This document shows positions 40,067 to 48,458 of a DNA stretch of 51,237 nt, piece by piece. Location of the stretch: IMG/VR virus record IMGVR_UViG_3300017912_002743, positions 1-51,237 of that record; one strand, given 5' to 3'. Made by a program: the position numbers and the translations under genes. Below the pieces are notes generated by a model. It was not told the DNA's origin and did not search any database. It saw nothing but the letters and a program-made list of their open reading frames with translations. The DNA comes from a virus. Lineage: Duplodnaviria > Caudoviricetes. Positions within the stretch are counted from its first letter, which is position 1, and every line of letters begins with the position of its first letter.

Positions 40067-41296
40067 ATGGCTGTAGAAAGCAAAATCAGAGAACTTCTTA
40101 GAGGTAAGACTGAAGAGATTACCGAAGAAGTCAATGAACTAGACGAGTCTGCTGCACGTCCTGCAGACAAATCGCAAGGCGATTCTACCCCACCAGTACA
40201 AGGTTCATCTGAAGCCAATCCAGAACAAGAAAAACTGGAATCTGACGATGCACTTTCTGCTGATGCAGGTAAAGTTGCTTCCGCTAAAGCATCAAAAGAC
40301 GGTAGTAAATCTGCCTCATCTTCTAATGCTGGCGACCAAACCTCACCAACTCAGGGTTCATCTGAGACAGCGTCTACTGAAGGACAGGTTAACAAACCTG
40401 GAAGTCACGCAGATGTGAAAGCAGAAGACACTGAGTCTGAAGACGAAGTGCTTGAAGAGGACATCACAGACGAAGAAATCGAAGCTGAACTGCCTGAAGG
40501 TATGGAAGGTTACGAAGAGGAAGAGTCTTACGAAGAAGTTGAAGAAGTTGAAGGTGAAGAGGATCTTTCTGAAGATACTTTATTTGCTGACGACATGGAA
40601 AACTTGTTCGCTGATGAGGAGCATTTGTCAGAAGAATTTAAAGTCAAAGCTGCAAACTTATTTGAAGCAGTTGTTACAGCGAGAGTATCATCTGAAATTG
40701 ATGAGATCAAAGCTGAACTTGCTGAAGAAGCAGCAGTGGCACAAGAGACATTTATGGAAGAAATGGTTCAAAAAATCGACGGTTATTTGAACTATGTTGC
40801 CGAAAACTGGATGAAAGAAAATGAACTTGCTATCGAGCGTGGCTTGAGAAACGAGATCACAGAATCATTCGTTGGCTCTTTAAAACAAGTTTTTGCCGAG
40901 CATTACATCGATATTCCTGAAGAGAAATATGATGTACTGGGCGAAATGCAGAGTGAAATCGAATCACTCAAAGAGAAGCTAGACGAATCAACTAATGAAA
41001 AAGTTGAATTGTCAGCTGCTAACGTAGACCTTTCTAAAGCAGCAGCAATCAGAGAAGCTACTAGCGACTTGACTGATGTTGAAACTGAAAAGTTTGCTAA
41101 ACTCGTTGAAGACGTTGAGTTTGATGGCGATTACGCTGAAAAACTTTCTGTGATCAAGGAAAATTATTTCCCATCGCAAAAAGCAGATCAGGAAGAAGAT
41201 AAGTTAGTTGACGATGAGACTGTCTCAGAAATCAGCGATGGTTCTTCACCAATCAGCATTTACGCTCAAGCGATTTCGAAATCGGTAAAAAGATAA
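40067..41296 (+). CDS. gp22: Prohead scaffolding protein gp22
   Basis: LSEEFKVKAANLFEAVV, KIDGYLNYVAENWMKENELAIERGLRNEI.ESF, F.EHYIDIPEEK.DV, KENYF. Confidence 0.93.
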   Translation: MAVESKIRELLRGKTEEITEEVNELDESAARPADKSQGDSTPPVQGSSEANPEQEKLESDDALSADAGKVASAKASKDGSKSASSSNAGDQTSPTQGSSETASTEGQVNKPGSHADVKAEDTESEDEVLEEDITDEEIEAELPEGMEGYEEEESYEEVEEVEGEEDLSEDTLFADDMENLFADEEHLSEEFKVKAANLFEAVVTARVSSEIDEIKAELAEEAAVAQETFMEEMVQKIDGYLNYVAENWMKENELAIERGLRNEITESFVGSLKQVFAEHYIDIPEEKYDVLGEMQSEIESLKEKLDESTNEKVELSAANVDLSKAAAIREATSDLTDVETEKFAKLVEDVEFDGDYAEKLSVIKENYFPSQKADQEEDKLVDDETVSEISDGSSPISIYAQAISKSVKR

Positions 41297-41300
41297 TTTT

Positions 41301-41308
41301 TATAAATA
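41301..41308 (+). promoter_or_regulatory. T4-type late promoter for gp23
   Basis: Exact TATAAATA, intergenic. Confidence 0.85.
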
Positions 41309-41351
41309 ATAACAGTTAATAACTATTTAAACTAAAGCAAGGAGACGAAAG

Positions 41352-42599
41352 ATGTATCTTTCAGAATCACAAATGGAAAAATGGGCTCCTGTATTGGATC
41401 ACCCAGAACTTCCTGAAATTAAAGACTCACACCGTAAGAATGTTACGGCTGTGGTTCTAGAAAACCAAGAGAAGGCTCTCCGCGAGGAGAAACAAGCTCT
41501 TTTTGAGTCAGAGAACGCAACTGGTGCTTCTATCGACAACTATGATCCAGTATTGATCAGCCTTGTCAGACGTGCCCTGCCAAATCTGATGGCATATGAT
41601 GTAGCTGGTGTTCAGCCAATGACTGGTCCAACAGGACTGATCTTTGCGATGAAATCCCACTTTACATCACAAACTGGTACTGAAGCCCTTTTCAATGAAG
41701 CCGACACAGACTTCTCTGGAACAGGTACTCATGCTGGTTCTAACCCAGTGGACGGATCTTACACAACTGGTACAGGTATGACTACCTCTGCTGGTGAAAG
41801 TGTAAACCCTGCTGAAATGGCTTTCTCAATCGAGAAAACCACTGTTACTGCTAAGACTAGAGCACTGAAAGCAGAATACACAATCGAATTGGCTCAAGAC
41901 CTGAAAGCAATTCATGGTCTAGACGCTGAAGGCGAATTGTCAAACATTCTGTCTCAGGAAATCTTAGCTGAAATCAACAGAGAAGTAATCAGAACAATCT
42001 ACAAGGTTGCTAAAACTGGTTCTGCTTCTACTGCTACTGCAGGAACTTTTGACCTTGACGTTGACTCCAACGGTAGATGGTCTGTTGAGAGATTCAAAGG
42101 TCTTCTCTTCAATATTGAAAGAGATGCCAACGTAATCGCTCAAGACACTCGTAGAGGCAAAGGTAACTTCATCATCTGTTCTTCAGATGTAGCAAGTGCC
42201 CTCGCAATGGCTGGTGTTTTGGATTATGCTCCAGCATTATCCACTGACTTGAATGTTGATGACACAGGTAACACATTCGCTGGTGTATTGAATGGTAGAT
42301 ATAGAGTATATGTTGACCCATACAGTGCAAACACTGGTGCTGCATCGCAATTCTACGTTGTAGGTTATAAAGGTACTAGCCCATATGACGCTGGTATTTT
42401 CTACTGCCCATACGTTCCATTGCAGCAAGTTAGAGCAATCGATCCTACTGACTTCCAACCAAAAATTGGTTTCAAGACTAGGTATGGTATGATCGCTAAC
42501 CCATATGTAACTCAATCAGACGGAACTACAGACGCAGACACATTTACTGCTGACCGTAACCAATACTACAGAAGTGTTAAAGTTACAAATCTTATGTAA
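41352..42599 (+). CDS. gp23: Major capsid protein gp23
   Basis: KWAPVLDH, DPVLISLVRRALPNL.AYD.AGVQPMTGPTGLIFAM, KTRALKAEYT.ELAQDLKAIHGLDAE, FYCPYVPL, FQPKIGFKTRYG. Confidence 0.98.
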   Translation: MYLSESQMEKWAPVLDHPELPEIKDSHRKNVTAVVLENQEKALREEKQALFESENATGASIDNYDPVLISLVRRALPNLMAYDVAGVQPMTGPTGLIFAMKSHFTSQTGTEALFNEADTDFSGTGTHAGSNPVDGSYTTGTGMTTSAGESVNPAEMAFSIEKTTVTAKTRALKAEYTIELAQDLKAIHGLDAEGELSNILSQEILAEINREVIRTIYKVAKTGSASTATAGTFDLDVDSNGRWSVERFKGLLFNIERDANVIAQDTRRGKGNFIICSSDVASALAMAGVLDYAPALSTDLNVDDTGNTFAGVLNGRYRVYVDPYSANTGAASQFYVVGYKGTSPYDAGIFYCPYVPLQQVRAIDPTDFQPKIGFKTRYGMIANPYVTQSDGTTDADTFTADRNQYYRSVKVTNLM

Positions 42600-42629
42600 A
42601 TAAGAAGAGTTGATATAATCAACCACCTT

Positions 42630-42659
42630 AAAAGGGGATCTTCGGATCCCCTTTTTTTT
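42630..42659 (+). terminator. Rho-independent terminator after gp23
   Basis: AAAAGGGGATC-TTCG-GATCCCCTTTT stem with cUUCGg loop and U8 tract. Confidence 0.92.
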
Positions 42660-42662
42660 GCT

Positions 42663-42670
42663 TATAAATA
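42663..42670 (+). promoter_or_regulatory. T4-type late promoter for gp3
   Basis: Exact TATAAATA right after the terminator, 5 nt before ATG. Confidence 0.8.
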
Positions 42671-42675
42671 GTGGT

Positions 42676-43263
42676 ATGGCATATAATCCTATTACAAATG
42701 TTACAGAATCAGACTTCAGTCAGAATAATCCTGCTGAACTCGACTTCTTAAGACCAAATGGTTTTCGATTCCAGATCGCGAACATACCTCAAGCATCATA
42801 CTTTTGTCAAGCTGCAAACTTACCACAGATATCTCTTGGATCTCCAGAGATGCAGACACCACTTGCAACTCTCCCATATCCTGGAGACAAAATTCAGTTT
42901 GGTGAACTTCTGATCAGATTCCTCGTTCAAGAGGATATGTCGAACTACAAAGAGTTACACAGATGGTTGATTGGTCTTGGCTTCCCTGATAAGAACCAAC
43001 AGTTTACTGACTTCATAGAGTCACAATCGTATAGGACTGCCACGGCACAGAAGAGCAAGAAAGAAGCAATCGCGCAAGTGAGTGATGCTGACTTATTTGT
43101 TCTTGATTCAAACAATAACCCTACAATTAAGATAACATTTTTCGATGCATTCCCAGTAAGTCTGGAAGGTCTCGACTTTGATATTACACAGGGAGCAGGA
43201 GACTACTTCACTGGAATAGCTGGATTTAGATACAGAACATTCCAAATTGAAAACTTGACATAA
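42676..43263 (+). CDS. gp3: Tail completion / tube terminator gp3
   Basis: FLRPNGFRF, YFCQAANLPQISLG, PGDKI.F..L..RFLVQEDMSNY.ELH.W, SDA.L.VL.SNNNP, F.DAFPVSL..L.FD. Confidence 0.88.
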   Translation: MAYNPITNVTESDFSQNNPAELDFLRPNGFRFQIANIPQASYFCQAANLPQISLGSPEMQTPLATLPYPGDKIQFGELLIRFLVQEDMSNYKELHRWLIGLGFPDKNQQFTDFIESQSYRTATAQKSKKEAIAQVSDADLFVLDSNNNPTIKITFFDAFPVSLEGLDFDITQGAGDYFTGIAGFRYRTFQIENLT

Positions 43264-43283
43264 ACCCCAAAAAAGGGTACAAT
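43255..43283 (+). promoter_or_regulatory. Sigma70-type promoter for uvsY
   Basis: TTGACA - 17 nt - TACAAT; ATG 5 nt downstream. Confidence 0.75.
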
Positions 43284-43288
43284 ATATT

Positions 43289-43732
43289 ATGATTACTTTA
43301 AAAGAATTACAAGACACATGGGCAGTAGACTGCAAAATTAACGAGTTGGAACTCGGTAAAGAGACAATCAAGACTGCTGAACTTCATTCCAAATATCTCA
43401 ATCATCTCTCTAATTTTAAGTTACAACTGAGAAAATCCGAAGCTGCATTCTTTAAATTGAGAAGAGTCAAAGAACAATACTGGCGTGGTGAACTTACTCG
43501 AGAAGAACTAGATTCTCTTGGATGGGATCAATGGCTCGGTAACAAACCTCTCAAAAACGATATGCAACATATGATAGAATCAGACGACGATCTGCAGGAA
43601 CAGATGAACAAAGTCGAATACATTCGTACAGTATGTGATTTTCTAGAGCGTGTCATGAGAGCATTAAATAGCAGAACATGGGATATCAAGAACGGTATCG
43701 AGTGGACGAAGTTTACAAACGGACTTATGTAA
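43289..43732 (+). CDS. uvsY: Recombination mediator UvsY
   Basis: LQDTWAVDCKI, LHSKYL, YWRG, D.DL, R.WDIKNGIEWTKFTNG. Confidence 0.9.
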   Translation: MITLKELQDTWAVDCKINELELGKETIKTAELHSKYLNHLSNFKLQLRKSEAAFFKLRRVKEQYWRGELTREELDSLGWDQWLGNKPLKNDMQHMIESDDDLQEQMNKVEYIRTVCDFLERVMRALNSRTWDIKNGIEWTKFTNGLM

Positions 43733-44263
43733 ATGGCTGACATCCTAGGATATTCATCTGAATCGAGTTGGGTGTGGGAATCTCTCATCGGAGTACTCCC
43801 AGAAGAAGGTAATCTTTTGGAAGTAGGGACTTATTGTGGATTATCGGCAAGCATTTGGGCGAAGAAATTTCCCAAGTATATGGTGCATACAGTAGACGTT
43901 GCGCTTGGAGTCCCATCTACAGATTCCAAAGGCGACCCCACGTGGATTTCTAGGGAAGAACAACTCAATTCAATTCATCAAGTAGTTAAAAATAACGAGA
44001 ACTTGAGTTTCAGCGAGGGTAATTTTTTCAAAATACAAATTCCAGAACCTTTCGATAATCCTGATGTTTTCTTTTATGACGCGGATCACAATCCTGGAAA
44101 AACGATAGAGGCATTAAATAAATTAAAACAATGTCCCAACATAGTAGTTGACGATTGTCAATTTGATTGGGTTAAAGAAGAGGTTCTGTTATTCGTGGAA
44201 GAAAATTCCAGAAATTTAAAGTTGTTTAAAACAGAACATTTTGAGGTTGCCGTGATACAATGA
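43733..44263 (+). CDS. Class I SAM-dependent methyltransferase (Methyltransf_24-like)
   Basis: LLEVGTYCGLSA, VHTVD, DVFFYDADH, IVVDD. Confidence 0.72.
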   Translation: MADILGYSSESSWVWESLIGVLPEEGNLLEVGTYCGLSASIWAKKFPKYMVHTVDVALGVPSTDSKGDPTWISREEQLNSIHQVVKNNENLSFSEGNFFKIQIPEPFDNPDVFFYDADHNPGKTIEALNKLKQCPNIVVDDCQFDWVKEEVLLFVEENSRNLKLFKTEHFEVAVIQ

Positions 44264-45741
44264 CAGATATTATTGTAACATATAAAAACGCTGTGAACAT
44301 GCATGTTGAATGTGACACAGGTATTCTCCAAGAACTGAATGACTTTTTCACGTTTGATGTTCCTGGAGCCAGATTTATGCCTGCATATAAATCGCGTATG
44401 TGGGATGGTAAAGCAAGGCTGTTCAATATGTTCAATAAAGAATTACCTGTTGGACTGATCAAGTATCTCCTCGACTTCGCTAAACAGCTTGAGTACACCG
44501 TAGACAATCAACTTATATCAAAGGGAGATATTGTATCGACTGAATATGTTGAGAAGTATGCAAAGGAATTAAACCTACACAGTAACGACCAACCTATTCA
44601 GATGAGAGATTATCAGGTTCAAGCAGTGAGAAAAGGTATTCAGGGTGCAAGGTCTTTATTGCTCTCACCAACTGCTTCAGGTAAATCATTAATCATCTAT
44701 ACTCTGATGAGATACTATCAACAAAGAAAAACGAAACAATTAATTATCGTACCCACAACATCATTAGTCGAGCAGATGTATGGCGACTTTCAAGACTACG
44801 CCAGTGCCGTGGATTGGCAAGTGAGTGAAAACTGTCATAGGATATATGGTGGTAAAGAAAAGTCAAACGAGTTTCCAGTAACTATCTCAACATGGCAATC
44901 AATATACAAGTTTCCGAAGAAATGGTTTGAAAAGTTTGACGTTGTGTATGGTGATGAAGCACATTTGTTCAAAGCAAAATCTCTCACTACAATTATGAAC
45001 AAGTGTGAAAATGCACACTGGAGATTTGGCACAACAGGTACATTGGACGGAACAAAAACACATCGCCTAGTTTTGGAAGGTTGTTTTGGTAATGTGACAA
45101 AGGTTATTACAACCAAAGAACTTATGGAAGATGGTAAGGTCGCCAATTTAGATATTACTTGTCTGGTCTTGAAACACAAAGACGAGGAATGTAAGGCGAT
45201 GAAAGGAATGAAGTATCAAGAAGAAGTCGACTGGATTGTTCGTGATCAGTGGCGAAATAACTTCATTAGCAATCTCGTGCTAGACCAAAAGGGAAATAGT
45301 TTGGTACTCTTTCAATTTGTAGAAAAACACGGAAGCGTATTATATGACGAAATAAAGAAAAGGGCAGAAAAAGGTCGTCCAGTATTCTTCGTTTATGGTG
45401 GAACTGAGACTGATCAAAGAGAACAAATAAGAGCATTGACAGAGAAAAGCGACAACGCAATCATCGTCGCATCGTATGGAACCTTCTCAACTGGTATAAA
45501 TATAAGGAATCTTCATAATGTGGTGTTCTCCTCGCCATCGAAGAGTAGGATTAGAAACCTACAATCTATCGGTAGAGGATTGAGACTCGGAGATAATAAG
45601 GTCGCGTGTAAATTATTTGACATCGGCGACGATCTATCTTGGAAATCAAAAAAGAATTACACCCTTGAACATTTGGTAGAAAGGGTTAAATTATATAATG
45701 AAGAAGGATTCAATTACAAACTCGTCAAGGTTGACAAATGA
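44260..45741 (+). CDS. uvsW: SF2 helicase UvsW
   Basis: FTFDVPGARFMPAYK..MWDGK, RDYQ, SPTASGKS, VPTTSLV.QM, GDEAH, FGTTGT, SYGTFSTGINI, QSIGRGLR. Confidence 0.96.
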   Translation: MTDIIVTYKNAVNMHVECDTGILQELNDFFTFDVPGARFMPAYKSRMWDGKARLFNMFNKELPVGLIKYLLDFAKQLEYTVDNQLISKGDIVSTEYVEKYAKELNLHSNDQPIQMRDYQVQAVRKGIQGARSLLLSPTASGKSLIIYTLMRYYQQRKTKQLIIVPTTSLVEQMYGDFQDYASAVDWQVSENCHRIYGGKEKSNEFPVTISTWQSIYKFPKKWFEKFDVVYGDEAHLFKAKSLTTIMNKCENAHWRFGTTGTLDGTKTHRLVLEGCFGNVTKVITTKELMEDGKVANLDITCLVLKHKDEECKAMKGMKYQEEVDWIVRDQWRNNFISNLVLDQKGNSLVLFQFVEKHGSVLYDEIKKRAEKGRPVFFVYGGTETDQREQIRALTEKSDNAIIVASYGTFSTGINIRNLHNVVFSSPSKSRIRNLQSIGRGLRLGDNKVACKLFDIGDDLSWKSKKNYTLEHLVERVKLYNEEGFNYKLVKVDK

Positions 45742-46166
45742 AATTTGATAAAATAAAAGTAGTAAGATTTTTAGATGGCTCTCAAATAGTTGCCACTCTT
45801 GAGAATGATTACGATCTAAATAATAAATTTATCAATATAATGTACCCAATTGAAATATGGTCTGGTGGCGTGAATGAGTTTCAAGATCATCTTTCTGAGC
45901 ATTACATGTTAAAAGCATGGATGGGTCTGAGCGATGATGTGGCGTTTACTATCAACACTGATGCAATTACTGTTGTGTCTGATTTGATAGACACCCATCA
46001 TGAAGGATATCAGCAGTGTGTGCAAAGATTGTTTATTGATAAAGAGGGATTGATGAAACCTCCGACTCCAAGAAGGAGAGATCCCCTCGACGCGATGGCT
46101 GATGCCCTATCGCCTGATGATTTGCTCGAGTATCTCGATGCAAAAGAAAAGAACAGGATAAATTAA
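45738..46166 (+). CDS. Hypothetical protein between uvsW and gp55 (Sm-like N-terminus possible)
   Basis: KVVRFLDGSQIVA..P..W pattern; ATGA overlap with uvsW. Confidence 0.65.
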   Translation: MKFDKIKVVRFLDGSQIVATLENDYDLNNKFINIMYPIEIWSGGVNEFQDHLSEHYMLKAWMGLSDDVAFTINTDAITVVSDLIDTHHEGYQQCVQRLFIDKEGLMKPPTPRRRDPLDAMADALSPDDLLEYLDAKEKNRIN

Positions 46167-46192
46167 TATCTCGTTCAAACAGCGACACGCTG

Positions 46193-46221
46193 ATTATACG
46201 CATAATTTTGTGATTAGTCAA
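46193..46221 (-). promoter_or_regulatory. Sigma70-type promoter, antisense orientation
   Basis: Minus strand TTGACT (46221-46216) - 17 nt - TATAAT (46198-46193). Confidence 0.65.
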
Positions 46222-46256
46222 GCATAATTACAAAGTTTTTTAAAATAAATTTGTGC

Positions 46257-46285
46257 TTGACATTTACAACTTGTTAATATAGAAT
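46257..46285 (+). promoter_or_regulatory. Sigma70-type promoter for gp55
   Basis: TTGACA - 17 nt - TAGAAT; ATG 9 nt downstream, no SD. Confidence 0.75.
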
Positions 46286-46294
46286 GGTAATATT

Positions 46295-46906
46295 ATGGCA
46301 AAAAGAAGAGATCCAAACAGTCGACACTATGTTGACAATAAAGAATTCCTAGCTGCGATAACGGAATATCGCGAGAAGGTTCTAGCTGCAAAGAAAGCAG
46401 GGGAGGACAAACCTCGTGTGACTGAGTATCTCGGCGAATGCATGGTAAAAATTGCAAATCACTTAGCATATAAATCCAATTTTGTAAATTATACTTTCAG
46501 AGATGAAATGATTCTCGACGGTATCGAAAACTGCATCACATATATTGATAACTTCGATCCAGAGAAATCTAAAAATCCTTTTGCATACTTTACACAGATT
46601 ACATACTATGCATTTATTAGACGTATCCAGAAAGAGAAAAAGCAGATGGATACGAAGAAAAAATATATCGGAAGTTTAGACATTCAAGAACTTCTAGACT
46701 CTAGTGCAGATGGTAATGAGCACAACTCTGAATATCTCGATTATATTCGTAAGGCAGTTGATGAGTCTGCATCCCTAGAAGAAAAATTCACTGATCAGAA
46801 ATCAAAACTTAAAAAGCGTAGACCGAAATATCTTGATGATAAAGAGGCATTGAAAATGGCTAAAGAAAAAAGTGAAGTCATGAAGACTAAGGTTGAGAGT
46901 AAATAA
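46295..46906 (+). CDS. gp55: Late-transcription sigma factor gp55
   Basis: HYVDNKEFL, YLGEC.VKIA.HL..K.NF.NY.FRDEMI.DGIENC..YI.NFDPEKSKNPFAYFTQI.YYAFIRRIQKEKKQ. Confidence 0.96.
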   Translation: MAKRRDPNSRHYVDNKEFLAAITEYREKVLAAKKAGEDKPRVTEYLGECMVKIANHLAYKSNFVNYTFRDEMILDGIENCITYIDNFDPEKSKNPFAYFTQITYYAFIRRIQKEKKQMDTKKKYIGSLDIQELLDSSADGNEHNSEYLDYIRKAVDESASLEEKFTDQKSKLKKRRPKYLDDKEALKMAKEKSEVMKTKVESK

Positions 46907-47460
46907 TGGACGGTGCACAACTGTTTACAAATCCAAAGCAGTATCAAGTTATGGTTGATATTGAGACACTCAGCACAAGACAAAATGCTGCAATACTCTC
47001 GATCGGCGCAACCAAATTCAATATCGAATCTGGAGTAATTGATACTTATTATCAAAACATTGATGCTTCTACCTGTAAGAAGTATGACCGCCATGTAGAT
47101 AAAGGAACTATCGAATGGTGGGGTAAACAGAACAAACAAGCACTCAAACAATTACTTATTGATGTAATGCCTTTTGATAAAGCAATACACGAATTCAGAG
47201 AATGGTATGGAGATAAATCTATTCCTATCTGGGGAAACAGTGCTGGGTTTGATGTTCAAATCCTAGAGTCTGCTATGTATTCAGTTGGTTATGAAAAACC
47301 ACCATGGATGTATTGGCACATTCACTGTTTTAAAACTGCGACTAATTTGGTCGGAGTAAGTAATGCAAAGATTAGAGCAAACGAAAATGACACACATCAT
47401 AATGCTCTAGACGATGCAATCAGTCAGACAAACACATTAGTAACTATTTTAAGATCATGA
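46906..47460 (+). CDS. DEDDh 3'-5' exonuclease (Rv2179c/DUF5051, DexA-like)
   Basis: MVDIETL, ILSIGA, TIEWW, WGNSAGFD..ILE, HNALDDA. Confidence 0.85.
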   Translation: MDGAQLFTNPKQYQVMVDIETLSTRQNAAILSIGATKFNIESGVIDTYYQNIDASTCKKYDRHVDKGTIEWWGKQNKQALKQLLIDVMPFDKAIHEFREWYGDKSIPIWGNSAGFDVQILESAMYSVGYEKPPWMYWHIHCFKTATNLVGVSNAKIRANENDTHHNALDDAISQTNTLVTILRS

Positions 47461-47657
47461 TTAACTCAATAGAAGACGTTAGATTTCACGATAATAATCT
47501 CGTGGTATTTGAAAAGGACATGCGAGGAAAAACTGAGCGAAAAAATGTCCTTGACTTTTCACCCAAAGAACTATATGATATAATCTTGCAAGCATATGAA
47601 CTCGGAGATCGCGATGCGCGAAGAAGAATTACAGATGCCCTTAAAGGTCGCTCGTGA
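47457..47657 (+). CDS. Hypothetical protein
   Basis: 66 aa, ATGA overlap with upstream gene. Confidence 0.55.
   Translation: MINSIEDVRFHDNNLVVFEKDMRGKTERKNVLDFSPKELYDIILQAYELGDRDARRRITDALKGRS
47551..47579 (+). promoter_or_regulatory. Possible internal sigma70-type promoter
   Basis: TTGACT - 17 nt - TATGAT. Confidence 0.45.
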
Positions 47658-47787
47658 AATAGTCACGAAATATGAGAAGGATTTTAACAACGGAATTATT
47701 GCATACGAAGGTCTGAAAAAAGATCTTGACATTGCACGAAAAGTATTGGATAATCATTACCGAGAAGTTTTCAGGAGGATGGATTAA
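47635..47787 (+). CDS. Hypothetical protein (50 aa)
   Basis: MPLKVAREIVTKYEK...; stop overlaps next ATG; start uncertain. Confidence 0.45.
   Translation: MPLKVAREIVTKYEKDFNNGIIAYEGLKKDLDIARKVLDNHYREVFRRMD
47726..47754 (+). promoter_or_regulatory. Possible internal sigma70-type promoter for the glycosylase gene
   Basis: TTGACA - 17 nt - GATAAT, followed by AGGAGG RBS. Confidence 0.5.
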
Positions 47788-48326
47788 TGAATATTTTTTA
47801 TCTAGATGAGGATTACAAGGTTGCTGCCAAGCAACACCTCGACAAACACGTTGTTAAGATGATTATCGAATATGCTCAGTTGATGTCGACTGCTCATCGT
47901 GTTCTTGACGGAACAAAGTGGTATGATAAGACTGCAGCTGGTAGACGTATCGCTAGATGGGAACACCCTAATGGCGAACTTGATCAGATACTTTACAAGG
48001 CATCACACATCAACCATCCATCTGGTATCTGGGTGAGAGAATCATTCAGTAACTATATTTGGTTGCATGCTCTGTGGGAAAAGCTATGTGCCGAATATAC
48101 ATATAGGTATGGTAAAATCCATATGACTCAACAAAAATTACAGAATTTTTTGAAAACTCCACCTACAAATATTCCGAGTGGTGGTATGACTAAAATGCCA
48201 CAAGCTATGCCAGACGAGTTTAAACAGAAAGACTCGATTGAAGCATATCGTCAATATTATCGCGTTGCTAAAGCAAAGATGGCTGTATGGACGAAACGTG
48301 ACACACCTGAATGGTATTATGTATAG
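47787..48326 (+). CDS. Pyrimidine-dimer DNA glycosylase / endonuclease V-like protein
   Basis: MNIFYLD...AA..H.DKHVVKMIIEYAQLMSTAH, YKASHINHPS.IW.RES..NY.WL, EYTYRYGK.H, PQAMP, AYRQYY. Confidence 0.8.
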   Translation: MNIFYLDEDYKVAAKQHLDKHVVKMIIEYAQLMSTAHRVLDGTKWYDKTAAGRRIARWEHPNGELDQILYKASHINHPSGIWVRESFSNYIWLHALWEKLCAEYTYRYGKIHMTQQKLQNFLKTPPTNIPSGGMTKMPQAMPDEFKQKDSIEAYRQYYRVAKAKMAVWTKRDTPEWYYV

Positions 48327-48447
48327 ATTTAAAGATAAAGAATTACTTTACATCGCACTCGCTGGAATCGGTGTAGTGTTTGCATATCCTGCGTTATATT
48401 GGTTAGCACTAGAATTATGGTGTATAGCGTATGGTTTAATTTACTAA
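48319..48447 (+). CDS. Small membrane protein (42 aa)
   Basis: MYRFKDKELLYIALAGIGVVFAYPALYWLALELWCIAYGLIY; fills the gap before the receptor gene. Confidence 0.55.
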   Translation: MYRFKDKELLYIALAGIGVVFAYPALYWLALELWCIAYGLIY

Positions 48448-48458
48448 CTGGAGATATT

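Noticed and set aside
32358-45741. Introns, inteins or homing endonucleases in terminase, portal, capsid or uvsW
   Set aside because: ORFs are uninterrupted, of ordinary length, and lack intein, HNH, GIY-YIG or LAGLIDADG motifs.
46033-46221. 62-aa minus-strand ORF as product of the antisense promoter
   Set aside because: Its TTG start is the -35 box itself, upstream of the predicted transcription start.
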